The notes under the pieces are model-generated. The model was not told where the DNA came from. It saw nothing but the letters and a program-made list of their open reading frames with translations, and did no database searches. 64,000 bases of DNA, taken from the NCBI GenBank assembly GCA_900088475.1, contig FLMG01000137.1:1-64000 (forward strand). The letters run 5' to 3'. A program made the position numbers and the translations under genes. Numbering within the stretch: the stretch's first letter is position 1; each line of letters opens with the position of its first letter. The stretch is from Hyphochytrium catenoides. Its lineage: Eukaryota; Protista; Hyphochytriomycota. Below are positions 37,465-48,689 of this stretch, in pieces.

Positions 37465-40140
37465 ATGGCGGCAGAAGACGATGGGCGCAGTCTTCTCTTG
37501 CAGGCTGAGGAGCTGAACTGCAGGGCGAATGGATTGTACACTGCAGGCAGATACCAGGAGGCAGTGGCTCTGTATCGAGCAGCTAATCGGGTTCTCGAGA
37601 CCCGCGCAGAGTTCGCCGCTTACAGGTCGAAGTATCATTCCAATAGCGCGCAGGCACTCATTCAGGCCCAGGAGCATGAGGAAGCTGAAAAAGGTCAGGG
37701 CGCGGAGTGAAAGCAGTTTTCGAGCTTCTCTGCTTTGTACCTTTCTCTTACTCCGTGCAAATATGACCAACATCCTCCGACTCTGACCTCAACCCTTCCG
37801 CTTCCTCTTGCTATCACATTGCGTATGGACCTGGACCTGTTAGAAGCCCTCGCTGCAGTGAAGATGGATGTCAGTAACATCAAGGCGTGGATCCGCTTGG
37901 GCCTAGCCCAGGAGCAGCAGTACAAGCTGGAAGCGGCCATAAAATCCTTGGAGAAAGCTCAGGGCCTTGTCTTCTCCTGTCTCCTACCTGTTGCCTCTTC
38001 CGGCTCCACTTCCGCTCAGCCCTACGACCGTCTTCGAGTTCTGATCGAGAACTCTCTAGCTCGTTTAAAGAGCAATGTCCAAGGAGACGCTGTAGCACTA
38101 AAGCGGGAGAGAGAAAAGGTGGGAGAGCTAGTGAACAGCACGCAGCACCTTCGAATCAGCTTCAGGTACACGCCGATTCATCCTGCCCAGACCTGAATGT
38201 CTATTTCTCCCTGGCTAGCTCTTGCTCTGCGAGTGCTTCATGCTAGAAGAGAGCCTTTGCTTAGTCCTCAATGTAGCTTTCAGCCGTCTTTTCTCCTCTC
38301 TTTCAATCTCTTCTCCACGTCTTTCTGCCAGGCTCCTGCTTGTTCTTGCCCCTTCGCCCCTATCGTCTTCACTGTCTGTGCTATTGATCCCTTATAGATT
38401 ACCGGTCCTGCCTTAGAGTACCGACTCCGCAGTCCGTCGTCCCTGGTCGGTGGTACGACCTTCGCCTAGTGCTTGGAAACGAGTTTGGACTCTTCCAGAG
38501 GTCTCTTTTAGAAGGACAGCCTCCGTTCACTGTTGAGGTCTCTCTGCTTAGCTTCCCATCACCCAGCCAGAAGGAAAAGGTAACCGGAAAGTCAGGGACT
38601 GAAGCCGAACGGAACTGGGAGGTTGTCACGGAGCCAGAGCTCCTTTCGTTCTCTTCTTCTGGCAAGGTAGACTTCCAGTTTTGCGTCAGACGGGAGGCAT
38701 CTGGAGAGCCCAAGGCTTTACTGAAGGACAGAGGAATCGGGCTCTTGGAAGACCAAGAGAAAGAGGAAATTGTGCTAGTGATTCGGCCCCACCCATCGTC
38801 TCTGTCCATTGCTATGGGGAGAGAGGTGGAAATCCTCCCTCTTGCCTCAAGGCCCATGCTACTAGTGGACAGGAAATGCGAGCATCGTCTCCCTGCAGAA
38901 AGCACAGTGGGCGACGATTGGCGGGAGCGCAGAACCCAAGGCCAAGATGAGAGACCAGAGTTGTACGTGAGCGGAGGATGCCGTCTGGTGGACATTGAAG
39001 GCTTCTCCTTCCCTATCCTTATCAGCGAGGCACCAGGCGACCTTGGTAAGTGCGCAGGATGGCTGAGCAGGCTGCTAGAGGGTCACACATTTGACTAACC
39101 GTCGTCTGTACGATAGGCATCGGAGGCAAGGTAGAAAGTTAGACTCCAGGGCTTACATGGAATTCCTACTATTCCAGACATCTCTCTCTCTCCTCTCTCT
39201 CCTTTCTCCAGTCTCTCTCTCTCTCACTTGATCTCTAAATATGGATTTTGTCCTCCCTCTTCTCCTTCCGTTCGTTCTAACTCGTACTTCTGGTCCTTCG
39301 GTGAAGGTCTGGGACAGCAGCCTCCTCTTAATTCAGTATCTTGTGGCTCACGCTACGGAGCTACGCGGTCAGCGATGCATTGAACTGGGCAGTGGGACGG
39401 GGATTGTTGGGATTGTTGCTGGCATCCTCGGCTTGCCCTCTCTGCTGACTGACCTGGCGGTGGGTAACGTAGTCTCTGTTGAAGGCTCGAGGACACTCTT
39501 CCCTTCAATCAGCTAGATCGTGGCTGTCTCATTGACACTCGTACTCCACTCCTTCTTTGTTGTTTTTTGCTCACTCAACTCTCTTTTGCGGTTCATCTTT
39601 GTTCTTTATCCCTTGTATGGCTTCCCTCTCTGCCTGTTTCTACTTCCCGGGGTCTATCTGACGTCAACTGACAGTGCCTTCTGGCCTCCATTTCATGGCT
39701 TCTTATTAAGCGGCGCTGCCATCTCTCTCTTCTGACCCCTCCTCTACCTCCGATTCCCTCACTCTTCTCTCCTTTATCAGGAGGTTGTCCCGCTATTAGA
39801 TGCAAACATAGCACTCAACGCGGCGCGTCTTCCTTGCGACTCCACTCTCCGGGCTCAGGCTCACAGCTGGGGCACCGATACCTCAGGCTTCGAGCCGTTC
39901 GACATTATCCTTATGTCGGATGTCGTGTACGACCCGGCTGGCTATGAGCCTTTACTAGCTTCCCTTCAAGCACTGAGTGACAGGAACTCCAACATTATAA
40001 TGGCGTACAAGAAGCGGCACCCTAGGGATGACGAGTTCTTCACTCTGGCGCGGAGAGAATTTGAGATCTGGGAAGAGACGGACACCAGCTTTATAGACCT
40101 TCCCTCCAAGATCCTCCACTTTCGACGGAATAAAGGGTAA
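37465..40140 (+). CDS. TPR-domain + METTL21/Methyltransf_16-family protein-lysine methyltransferase (multi-exon)
   Basis: Three TPRs (AEELNCRANGLYTAGRYQEAVALY; YHSNSAQA; NIKAWIRLGLA); seven-beta-strand methyltransferase motifs GIGGK|VWDSS, IELGSGTGIVG, LTDL, FDIILMSDVVY, AYKKRH; stop TAA at 40140. Confidence 0.9.
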
Positions 40141-40744
40141 TCCAGCACAGCATAAACAAAACCAAAGAAGTACTTGTGCCGTAAGCCTGGCAAGGGCACT
40201 GTCCTAAAATAGGCAGACGTAAAGCTCGCCCAGAACTTCCACATTGGTTGCTGGCATCTACTGTAGCAAAACTGCCGCCTTCTTCAAGAGCACGCGGAGG
40301 GTTGCGGTCGGTTGAAAGCCAAGGAAGAAGGGCCTATCTATTGGGAGCAACAAGCTGCGAAAGAGTGAAGGATGCAGAGTCCCAGATTATGAGATAGCGG
40401 GAAAGATGATGGACCGGAAGGAAACAGCATGCGCAGTCTCTCACTAGGCCTCTTAGCTGAATCCAGGAGCAAAGCAGCCAAGACGTGGGCTCTTATTCGC
40501 ACTTGAGGGCGTACATGGACATCAGATAGAGACAAAGATGTATAGATAAGAAGGCAGAGACCAGACAGACAACGTCGAAGAAGTGATAGCTTGCTATTGG
40601 AGGAGCTCTTTAAATATGGAACAGATCAGAAAATGGACAACAAAATGAGGACATGCGGCTATGGGGCGCTCGATGGCACTTTATCTTTCTCTCTCTCTCT
40701 CTTTTATATCTCCCTCCCTCCTCATGACGCTAATATTCTCCTAA

Positions 40745-41692
40745 TTATGCTGCCTTTACCTTCCCCTCGACGACAGGGCAAGCAAGCTTCTCTTTCTCTG
40801 CAGCAGCTCTCTGCTTCTTGGTAATCTCCCATGCATCGTGGGCGCGCTTGCGGTCCCAGACCAGCCCCAGCTTTGCGAAGAAGTCAATGAACATCTTGGA
40901 CGGGTTGAACTGGGAGGAGACGCCGAACTCACTGGCAGCGTAATCATAGGGGAACTTGTGGTGCCAGTTATGCCAGCCCTCGCCCACAGCGACAATGGAG
41001 ACAAACCTGTTCTCCGACGGGTTGATTTTTGGGTCGTAAGGCCTGTCTCCCCAGAAGTGAGCTGCACTGTTGACGCACCAGGTGAAGTGCAGGACCAGCG
41101 TGTACCGGAGAACGCCAGCTACCCAGTAGCCCAGCCAAAAGTTCTCTCCCCAGCAGACAGCAGGGACAATAGCAGGGATAAGGAAGCACCAGACAAAGTT
41201 CCACCATGGGTCCAGCTTGTGCTGGAAGCGGACGATAGGATCGGCCCAGAGATCATCAAAGTTCAGCTTCTTGCCTGCATCAATAACCTTCTGGTCCTTG
41301 TTCACCAAGAGCCAGCCGACGTGGGCGAAGAAGAAACCCTTCATGGCATTGTGCGGGTCAGCGTCTGTCTCGGAGTGCTTATGATGGACTCTGTGGTCTC
41401 TGGACCAATGATAGATGGAGCCTTGGTTAGCAATGGAGTTGAAGATCATGAGAATCAGTCGGACAGGGAAGGCAGCCTTGTAGCTGCGATGTGACCACAA
41501 TCTATGAGCTCCAGCCGTGATGCCAATGCCACTGATGGGCCATAGGATGAAAGTGAAGAGGAGAGTCTGCCACTTGCACTGGTTCAAGTACATCAGCCCA
41601 ATGATGGATCCGATGTGGATGAATGAGATGTATCCCACCATAAACCACCGCAGATTCCCTATGATGCCTTTAGAAGCATCGTAAGCTGGCAT
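40745..41692 (-). CDS. Delta-9 acyl-CoA/acyl-lipid desaturase (SCD-like, no fused cytochrome b5)
   Basis: His boxes HRLWSH, HRVHH, HNWHH; GITAGAHRLWSHRSYKA; DADPHNA; VNSAAH; a short N-terminal extension from upstream exons is possible. Confidence 0.97.
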   Translation of the reverse strand: MPAYDASKGIIGNLRWFMVGYISFIHIGSIIGLMYLNQCKWQTLLFTFILWPISGIGITAGAHRLWSHRSYKAAFPVRLILMIFNSIANQGSIYHWSRDHRVHHKHSETDADPHNAMKGFFFAHVGWLLVNKDQKVIDAGKKLNFDDLWADPIVRFQHKLDPWWNFVWCFLIPAIVPAVCWGENFWLGYWVAGVLRYTLVLHFTWCVNSAAHFWGDRPYDPKINPSENRFVSIVAVGEGWHNWHHKFPYDYAASEFGVSSQFNPSKMFIDFFAKLGLVWDRKRAHDAWEITKKQRAAAEKEKLACPVVEGKVKAA

Positions 41693-42324
41693 CTTTCGCG
41701 ATAGGGAAAAGCTTCAAAGAGAAGCTTCAAAAGGCGATGACGGAGATCTGGAAGATCTGAGCTGCTCAGACGGAAAGATTTCGAGACCGCGGCAGCAAGC
41801 GGCAGATGAGACAGGTTGGACGGATTGCTGTTGGCCTGGAGAAAGAAGAAGTGAGCTCTTAGGAGCAGAGAACAGAGGATAAGCAACTGGCTCGAGGTGG
41901 CAGGAAAGAAAGAGAGAGAAAGGGAGAGAGAGAGAGAACAGGAGTGAAGGTTGAGATGAGAAGAGAGCGAGTGGGAGAGTGGGGGAGGAGAGAGGGTGGG
42001 GAAGAGAGAGACAGTTGTCCACATCATGTGGAGAAGATGGGGCGTCAAGGGAAGAGGGAAGAGGATTGCTACCATCTCTGTCTTCTCCTTCCCTCCACCC
42101 AGAGCTGCTGGTCTGTGTCTGTCTCTTTACGTGTGTTGCTTGTCCTCGTCATCAGCCGGCGCTGATGATGTGAGGAGGGAGAGGACGCGCAACTGGGAAA
42201 GGGAACGTACAAGGAGATACTACTTGTGGAACGAACGGAGAGAACAGAGGGAGAGGGGGAGAGAGGAGCCACGAAGAAGATCGGGGTTCGAATCCAGGAC
42301 TGTCAGCTCTTGGTCCTTGATACC

Positions 42325-42690
42325 TGCTCTCTCTCTCTCTCTCTCTCACTCTCTCTCGCTCTCTCTCGCTCTCTCTCTCTCTCGCTGTCTTTCTCTCTCT
42401 CTTTCCTTCTCTTTCTCCCTCCTCCTCTCTCTTTCCTTCTCTCTTTCTCTCTGTCTCTCTTTCTTTGGTCTCTCCTTTCCCTCTATCTCTCTCTCTACGC
42501 TCTGTCTCACTCTCTCTCTCTTGCCTGTCTCGCTCTGTTTGTCTTCCTCACTGCTTCTTTCGCTCTGTCTCCCCTTGGCCCTTTTTTATATCTAGAACTT
42601 CCATCTCTATGCTCATTCTGTCTCTCGCAATGTCCCCTTCTCTCTTCCACTCCCGCTTATCTCTCCATTTCTCTTTCTCTTTCCCTCTTC
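42325..42690. repeat. (CT)n/(GA)n microsatellite-rich tract
   Basis: Long CT-rich low-complexity run upstream of the desaturase. Confidence 0.9.
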
Positions 42691-42741
42691 TAAAAGATCT
42701 CACGAGAGCCTAAGACATGGTGGTCTTATTCCTGTCATCCG

Positions 42742-42787
42742 ATTGGCTAGGACCTCTTAGTATCTTAGTCCACTCTCCTCTGATTGG
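42742..42787 (-). promoter_or_regulatory. Pair of CCAAT boxes upstream of the desaturase transcript
   Basis: GATTGGCT occurs twice on + (ATTGG at 42742 and 42783), i.e. AGCCAATC on -, 41 bp apart. Confidence 0.35.
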
Positions 42788-45257
42788 CTGAGCTCCCTCC
42801 CAGGTCACAACAACTTGCACCTTGACCTCACCATATTACTACTACCACCATACCTACAATTAAAACCATTCAAAACCTACTATTACTCCTAGTATACTAT
42901 TATAGATACAATAGCAGTAGGAACAAAAACCTCTCACCAGAGCAGTAGTAATATCATCGGAGGCTAAACACCTAACACTATCGCCTATGTGGATACTAAT
43001 ACGCGCTGGTCCTGGGTGACATCACGGCGGCCGCGCTGATGAGCTGGTGAGAGCACCGCCGCCGCGGGTCGGAAGACAGAAAGAATTTGAAGACTGGACG
43101 GAGAATCGCAGTGCGGGCGGCCATGTCGTGCTGTGCGGTCCAAGTGCACCTGCAGATGTGTTTATGATCATGACGATGAGACGATGGACGTGACAGGATG
43201 GACGGAACTCTCTCTCTTTATTTGAGGGCTCACCCACGTTGCGCTCATAGACGCTTGGAAAGCTGACAGCCATCTACCCTTCTTTCTGTTCTCTGTGGCC
43301 GCCCTTCCTCTCCCCTCCCTCTGTACCGTTCGTGCGTGAAGAAGGTGTCACGGTGGGGTGAAAAGTGCACAGGTGGGCGCTGAGGGCGATGGAACGTGGA
43401 AGAGCTGAGCTGCTAGGGTGAAAAGTCGTAACGACATGACAGGGCTCGTCACCGCGAGCAAGCTTGTCATCACTCTCTGTTTGGCTTATTATATTACCGA
43501 TGATCTAGAGAAGAGTAGAGGGCTTAGTTTATAGAAGCTGTTATGTCATCACACTTCATCTCCACTGTTACTTGCTTTACTGGCGCGGCGGATCCCCATA
43601 TTTCTCAATGACAACCAGAGAGTGGAACAGGAGAGGTGGGTCACTTTCCGTGACGCTACAGGCTTTACGTAGAGCTTCAATAGGCGTCATTGAAGCAAGC
43701 TCTATACGACGATAATAGCTTCATAATACTTCCCTGTGTGGTTTGTCGCGTCTACATACAGCTTGGTGTCACGTCATCACTGGATGGGTCCCCAGTATGG
43801 ACAAAGACGAGTGCAGCGTGACTCATTGATAGGGATAAGGTGTTCTGAAGCCTCAATGGTAGCCCTGTTAACGTCGTGTTGGGAATCGGTAAGGACGCTG
43901 TTAGAGGGCGGAGCTACCGGCAATGCGGTTTGGCAATGGGCGGCGTTCTTTCCTTCTTCTACTTCTTCATCATCGAGCAGATGCATGCAGTATCGCACTA
44001 TAAAGAATAGCTATATTTTACTCTAGGAAGCGTCATCCCGCTTAGGGCTTAGGGGTGACTGGTACAGCCAACCTAACGCCCCACCTGAGTGCCCTCTACT
44101 ATCTTCTGTACTACTGGGAGGAAGAGGCCAGTGAAAGATGGAAACAATAAGTAAGGAACAAGATGAAAGGAACAGCAACGGTCACTAGCTTTCTCTCGGT
44201 GCTTCGTGATGGGCGTGAGAAAAGCTAATGCATCTCCTTCAACGTGTTATTGCGCCCGGTGAGGCGCTAGAGAAAGTGCTTGTCCTGAGATCACGTAAAT
44301 AATGTAGGAAGAAGAGCAATGATTGGCATATCAAGATATTGTATGGCTTGAGCTGCCAAAAGGCATATAAATAGCTGTATGGTGGTGGGGTGCGTACTAG
44401 GAGAAGGGAAGAAGGCATCTTGTCTACAAGCAACATGTTATGAACCCCTTCCCTGGTACAAGCTATGATAGCGTATGGCGCCTTAGAGCAGCCCAGCGGG
44501 CCGACACCCTTCTGTTGCTACACCTTTTTGCCTGGCACTTGTCTGAAACTCTATTTATTGGCCCGTCCGGCATCTTTATAATGATGAGCACCTTCCACCA
44601 CAGTGCCCGAGACGTCACCAGCGAGCTGAGAGGCTTCCTTCTGGAGAAAGCGAAGGAAGAAGAATAAGGCCCCCCGCGAAGGATACGAGAAGAAGTTCAG
44701 TCAATAGTCAAGGAAGGCAGGGAGAGGTCCGCCACAGTCGTAAGACGCCGGTCTTCCTTGATAAGTACTATCCAATTAGAAGAAAGGTGAAGAAAGTGAA
44801 CAACAAGAAAGAATTCTGCAAATGTCTGAAGAGCAATTTACTTTGAAGAGCACAAGCAAGGAGCTCCAACTCATCACAATTTAGCACTCTACCGAACCGC
44901 TGCGGTCCCAGAGACAAGCACAGTGCGCAGAGTGAAGCGGTAAAAAGAGACTCTAGACACTCTGCTCTCGCTCTGGTCTCAAAGAGAATAGGTGGTACAA
45001 GCAGCACACGTCACCACATACTAAGCGCACGCATCAATATCCCGTTGCTTAGGATGAGTCAGGTCTACCTTTTGCATAAGAATCCACTTATGAAGGGATT
45101 GAGTCCATTGTTAGCAAGAATGGCTTCGCTGAAGAGTTGACCGCTAAAAGAGGCAGATGGAAACCAATCGTCAAAAGGGCCTCCTGTCTTCTTCGCTACT
45201 TCCTCTCCGCAGTTTCCTCTGTTCATTCTCAACTCTGTCACAAGCAGCCTTTCTTCA

Positions 45258-47811
45258 TCAAAACATCTGCTGCAAGAATCGAGCGACAACGCTTCTCCAG
45301 TTCTCCTCGCCTTCATCATGTGAAGGTACTACCGGAGAACCAGAAGAGGAAGAAGAGGATTCAGAGTTCACGGCATCAAGTAGAACCTTGATCCCGTCAT
45401 GGGAGAGGTCATCAAGCCCTACATTCAAGGAGAACAAGGACGGGTACTCTGTCGTCTCCTTCAGGAGGGGAACGAATGCACGTGCGCCGTCGTCGCCCAT
45501 GGGATTCCCGTCCAGAGCCATGTAGAAGCGATACCATTGCTTACCCTTCTGTTTACCTCTCTTCAGCACCGCTGTCGCAAGGGCCCGAGCCCCAGTGGGT
45601 CCAATTGCATTTAGGGATAACCGGAGGTGGTCTATCATCATATGCGTAGGGATAACCGCGGCCAGAGCACAGGCTCCTTCATCATCAACATTCTGGTTTA
45701 TGAGAGATAGGCTGTCCAAGTTAGTGTTGGTCTTTAAACTCTCGGCTAGATAGGCTACACCGATTCCCGTGATCTTCTTCCGCGAGGGTTGGGTTGTTTG
45801 AGCCCCTAGGACGTCATCACTGAGACCTGGAATGCGAGCTGGCGGCTGCCAGCATCTTGGCGCTGCTAGTGCGGTTGTGATGCTGCTCTGGCCCCTTTCC
45901 TCTCGCTGTCTGCGTAGATCCGCTGAAGAACAAGTAAACCTAGACGGTCCACCAGATGCCGTCGTCCTGGGTGATGCACCTGAGAGCTTCTGGTGTCTCA
46001 TGTCCATGACCGTCTGCAGGCCGTACCACATAAGGTTCATTCCATCGAGTGTTAGGTCACCCAAGGATTGATTTACTTTCAATCCGTCTGCTAGCCCCTT
46101 GCAACCTTCATCGCCTATATCACACTCAGACAAGTTGAGCCCTTTTAGTCCCTTGTTATGGGCAAGGCCACGACCGATCGCCTTCGCTCCCTCATCCCCC
46201 AGAGGATTCGACGCAAGGGAGAGGAAGTCAACGGTATGATTGCGCGCGAGAAATATGGTGAGTCCTTCAGCTTGAGAAGAGGCGATGCTGCAGGAATCAA
46301 GAAAAAGAATCATAATGCTCCGGTTCTCCTCAAGCGCCGCGAAGAGAGGTGAAGCATCTTCCATTGGATTATCAAATATACGAAGGTTCACCAAGCTCTC
46401 ATTAACCTTGATTCCATCAGCCAGCTCGCTCAGCGCTTCCCTATCGTGAAGTCCACAGTGACTCAGCGACAATGCAACTAAGGTCTTGTTCACACCCAAT
46501 GCTGGGCCAATCTCCCTCCAGACCTCACGCGACCGTTTGGCGTCGTCAAGAGCGGCTCCACAGTCAAGGAGATCGACGAGTTGCAATGTCTTGTTCGTTC
46601 GTAAGACTACTCCCCACTGCCTCCATGCATCGGCAGACAGCTGGACATGGTGAAGGGTGAGACCTGTGACGCTCTTGTTTCTCAGTAGCGCGCGGACAAG
46701 TCTCACATCATTGACACCATCAGCTTGGCCACCCAGAATCTTAACATCGGTCAGGGAGGTGCTTGTCTCTAGAAGCTCTGCCAGTTGTTGGCCAGACGCT
46801 GCCCTGAGGTTTATGATCTCTAGTGCTTTTAGAGTGTTCCTTTTAGCGATGGCATCGAGAACAGATCCCAAGCCTCCTTCTTCTTCTTCTCTTGTCATTT
46901 CCTTGTCAACCGTCTTGGCAGGAACATCACTGATCGCCAGACTCTGCAGAGATTGACTATTGACGACACCCTCCGCCAATCTCTTCAATCCCATATGGCC
47001 CAATGGCACACCGGCAATATCCAGTCGCTTTAGCACTGCGTGGGCTGCCACTAAAATCTGTCGAAAGTAGTCTCCAGATTGCTCCGTAAGTCGGCACGAT
47101 TTGTCGAAGACGAGAGAGTCGACCTTTAAGCCTGCATCGACACCATTCGCTAGGATGTGCGTCAGTCTGTCGGTCACGGCTTCACCTCCGAGCCAAAGCG
47201 TGATCGGCACCTGCCGCTGAAGAAGACTGGTGATAAGAGCTTCCTCCCATCCTCTATCACTTTCACCGCCGCCGCCCAGGGTAGGAAGGACCGAGCCAAT
47301 CCACAGTCCGCGGACACTCCGATTCTTCTCCAATCCCTGCGCCAGTAGGATCATGTCCTTCGAGTGAATGGCCCGGAAGGTCAAGTTCTGAATGAGACAC
47401 TGTCCTCTCCTCAAGGTCCTGCCCGCAGGATCGGCTGTCTCCTCTCTTCGTCCCATGGCCGTATCCTCGATCAGGGTCTCTCCATCTTCACTGAGAACTT
47501 CAGATAGGAGCTTGACGTCTTGAGAGGTCAACAGAAATTGCAGATCCAGGTCCGTAATACCATTGCTCTGCTTTAGAGCACTGGCAAGGAGCTTCGCGTC
47601 GTCCCCTAGCGGTGTAGTATGGGCGACGAGTGATCTTGGACGGGAGGTAGTAGTAGTCGGAAGGGGATGAGGCTAGCCTCAACTCTCTAAGCTGCTCATC
47701 TTCGTCCACGAAGGTAACGGGATCGCTTGATTGGTCAGAAATCGTACCGTTGAGCTCAAGATATCCTAGGCCGCGATTTTGCTTGATGTCTTTGATCACA
47801 CAGTTCCCCAT
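45258..47811 (-). CDS. RNI-like (NLRC3-type) leucine-rich repeat protein with MGNC N-terminus
   Basis: ~28-aa repeats such as LKGLNLSECDIGDEGCKGLADGLKVN. The frame change between ORFs 47500-47811 and 45258-47531 is resolved by a GT-AG intron at 47747-47606 (LELN-G|DDAKLLASALK). Confidence 0.85.
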
Positions 47812-48689
47812 GATGCTGCTGGGTGTTTCTGAAGCTCGGTCCGCAGACGAAGAAGTCTTTGAAGTGATGAACTGGTTGGAAGAAACACTTTGACGCCGTG
47901 TCCACCTATAGAAACAAAGATAGAACTCTTCTATGTTTGCATCTTGCTAGAGAACGAAGAAGAAAGGTTCTTCCGTGTCAGTGCAAGGACAATTTTGCCT
48001 ACAGAGACCGCAACCCTGACGCATTGTGGCCGGCATAAGTCAGAATAACTAACCTCAAGACAGCAATGAAGTCCCTCCCCAAGGCACGACCAAGCTCTTC
48101 TGGCAGATACTGCGGTGATCAAGGAATACTGTCCTTCATCATTCAGAGGAAGAGGAATAAGATATTTTGGACGCCCAGCCATCCTTCTCTCAACAACGCC
48201 ATGATGTCCAACAAGCGACTTAGACGAACTCAACAACGTGCTTGGAGCAAGAGTTTCTGAGACCTCACACTCGCCATCTTTGGAGGAACGCTACCACGAT
48301 AGCAGCACCTTCGTCTCCTCAAGCTCTCTCCTTTCATCGCAATTGATCAGGCTGCTCAAGTACCAAGCTGCTCATCAAGCTCCTCTCTCTCTCTTCATCA
48401 ATCCCCTTCTCAAACTCCTCAAGCCGTTTCCCTTCAGGCTCCTCTATTAGCTACTCTCTCTTCTCTCTCTCTCTCTTTTCCAACCTCTCTCTCTTCTCTC
48501 CGCCTCATCCAAGCTCCTCATTCAAGCACCTCCTCCAGCGCTTGGCTTCGTATCAGGATCCACGAAAGTTTGCTTCCTGACGCGATGGCAAATTTAAAGC
48601 TGGCGACCGACGTTAGCTGTCATTGTGCACAGTAGGACTTCACTCTTATGAGTGAGGAGCTAGATAGGAAGTGATGACTGTATACCAGC

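Noticed and set aside
42283-42297. GGTTCGAATCC tRNA T-loop-like motif
   Set aside because: No acceptor, D or anticodon stems are present; it is embedded in GA-rich sequence.
43668-43708. Imperfect hairpin (GTAGAGCTTCAAT...ATTGAAGCAAGCTCTATAC)
   Set aside because: It is short and single-copy, with no context supporting an ncRNA or a transposon end.
44040-44056. Telomere-like TTAGGG pair (also near 4611-4622)
   Set aside because: Only two imperfect units, which is expected by chance.
47500-47811. Programmed frameshift in the LRR gene
   Set aside because: A canonical GT-AG intron at 47747-47606 restores the frame.
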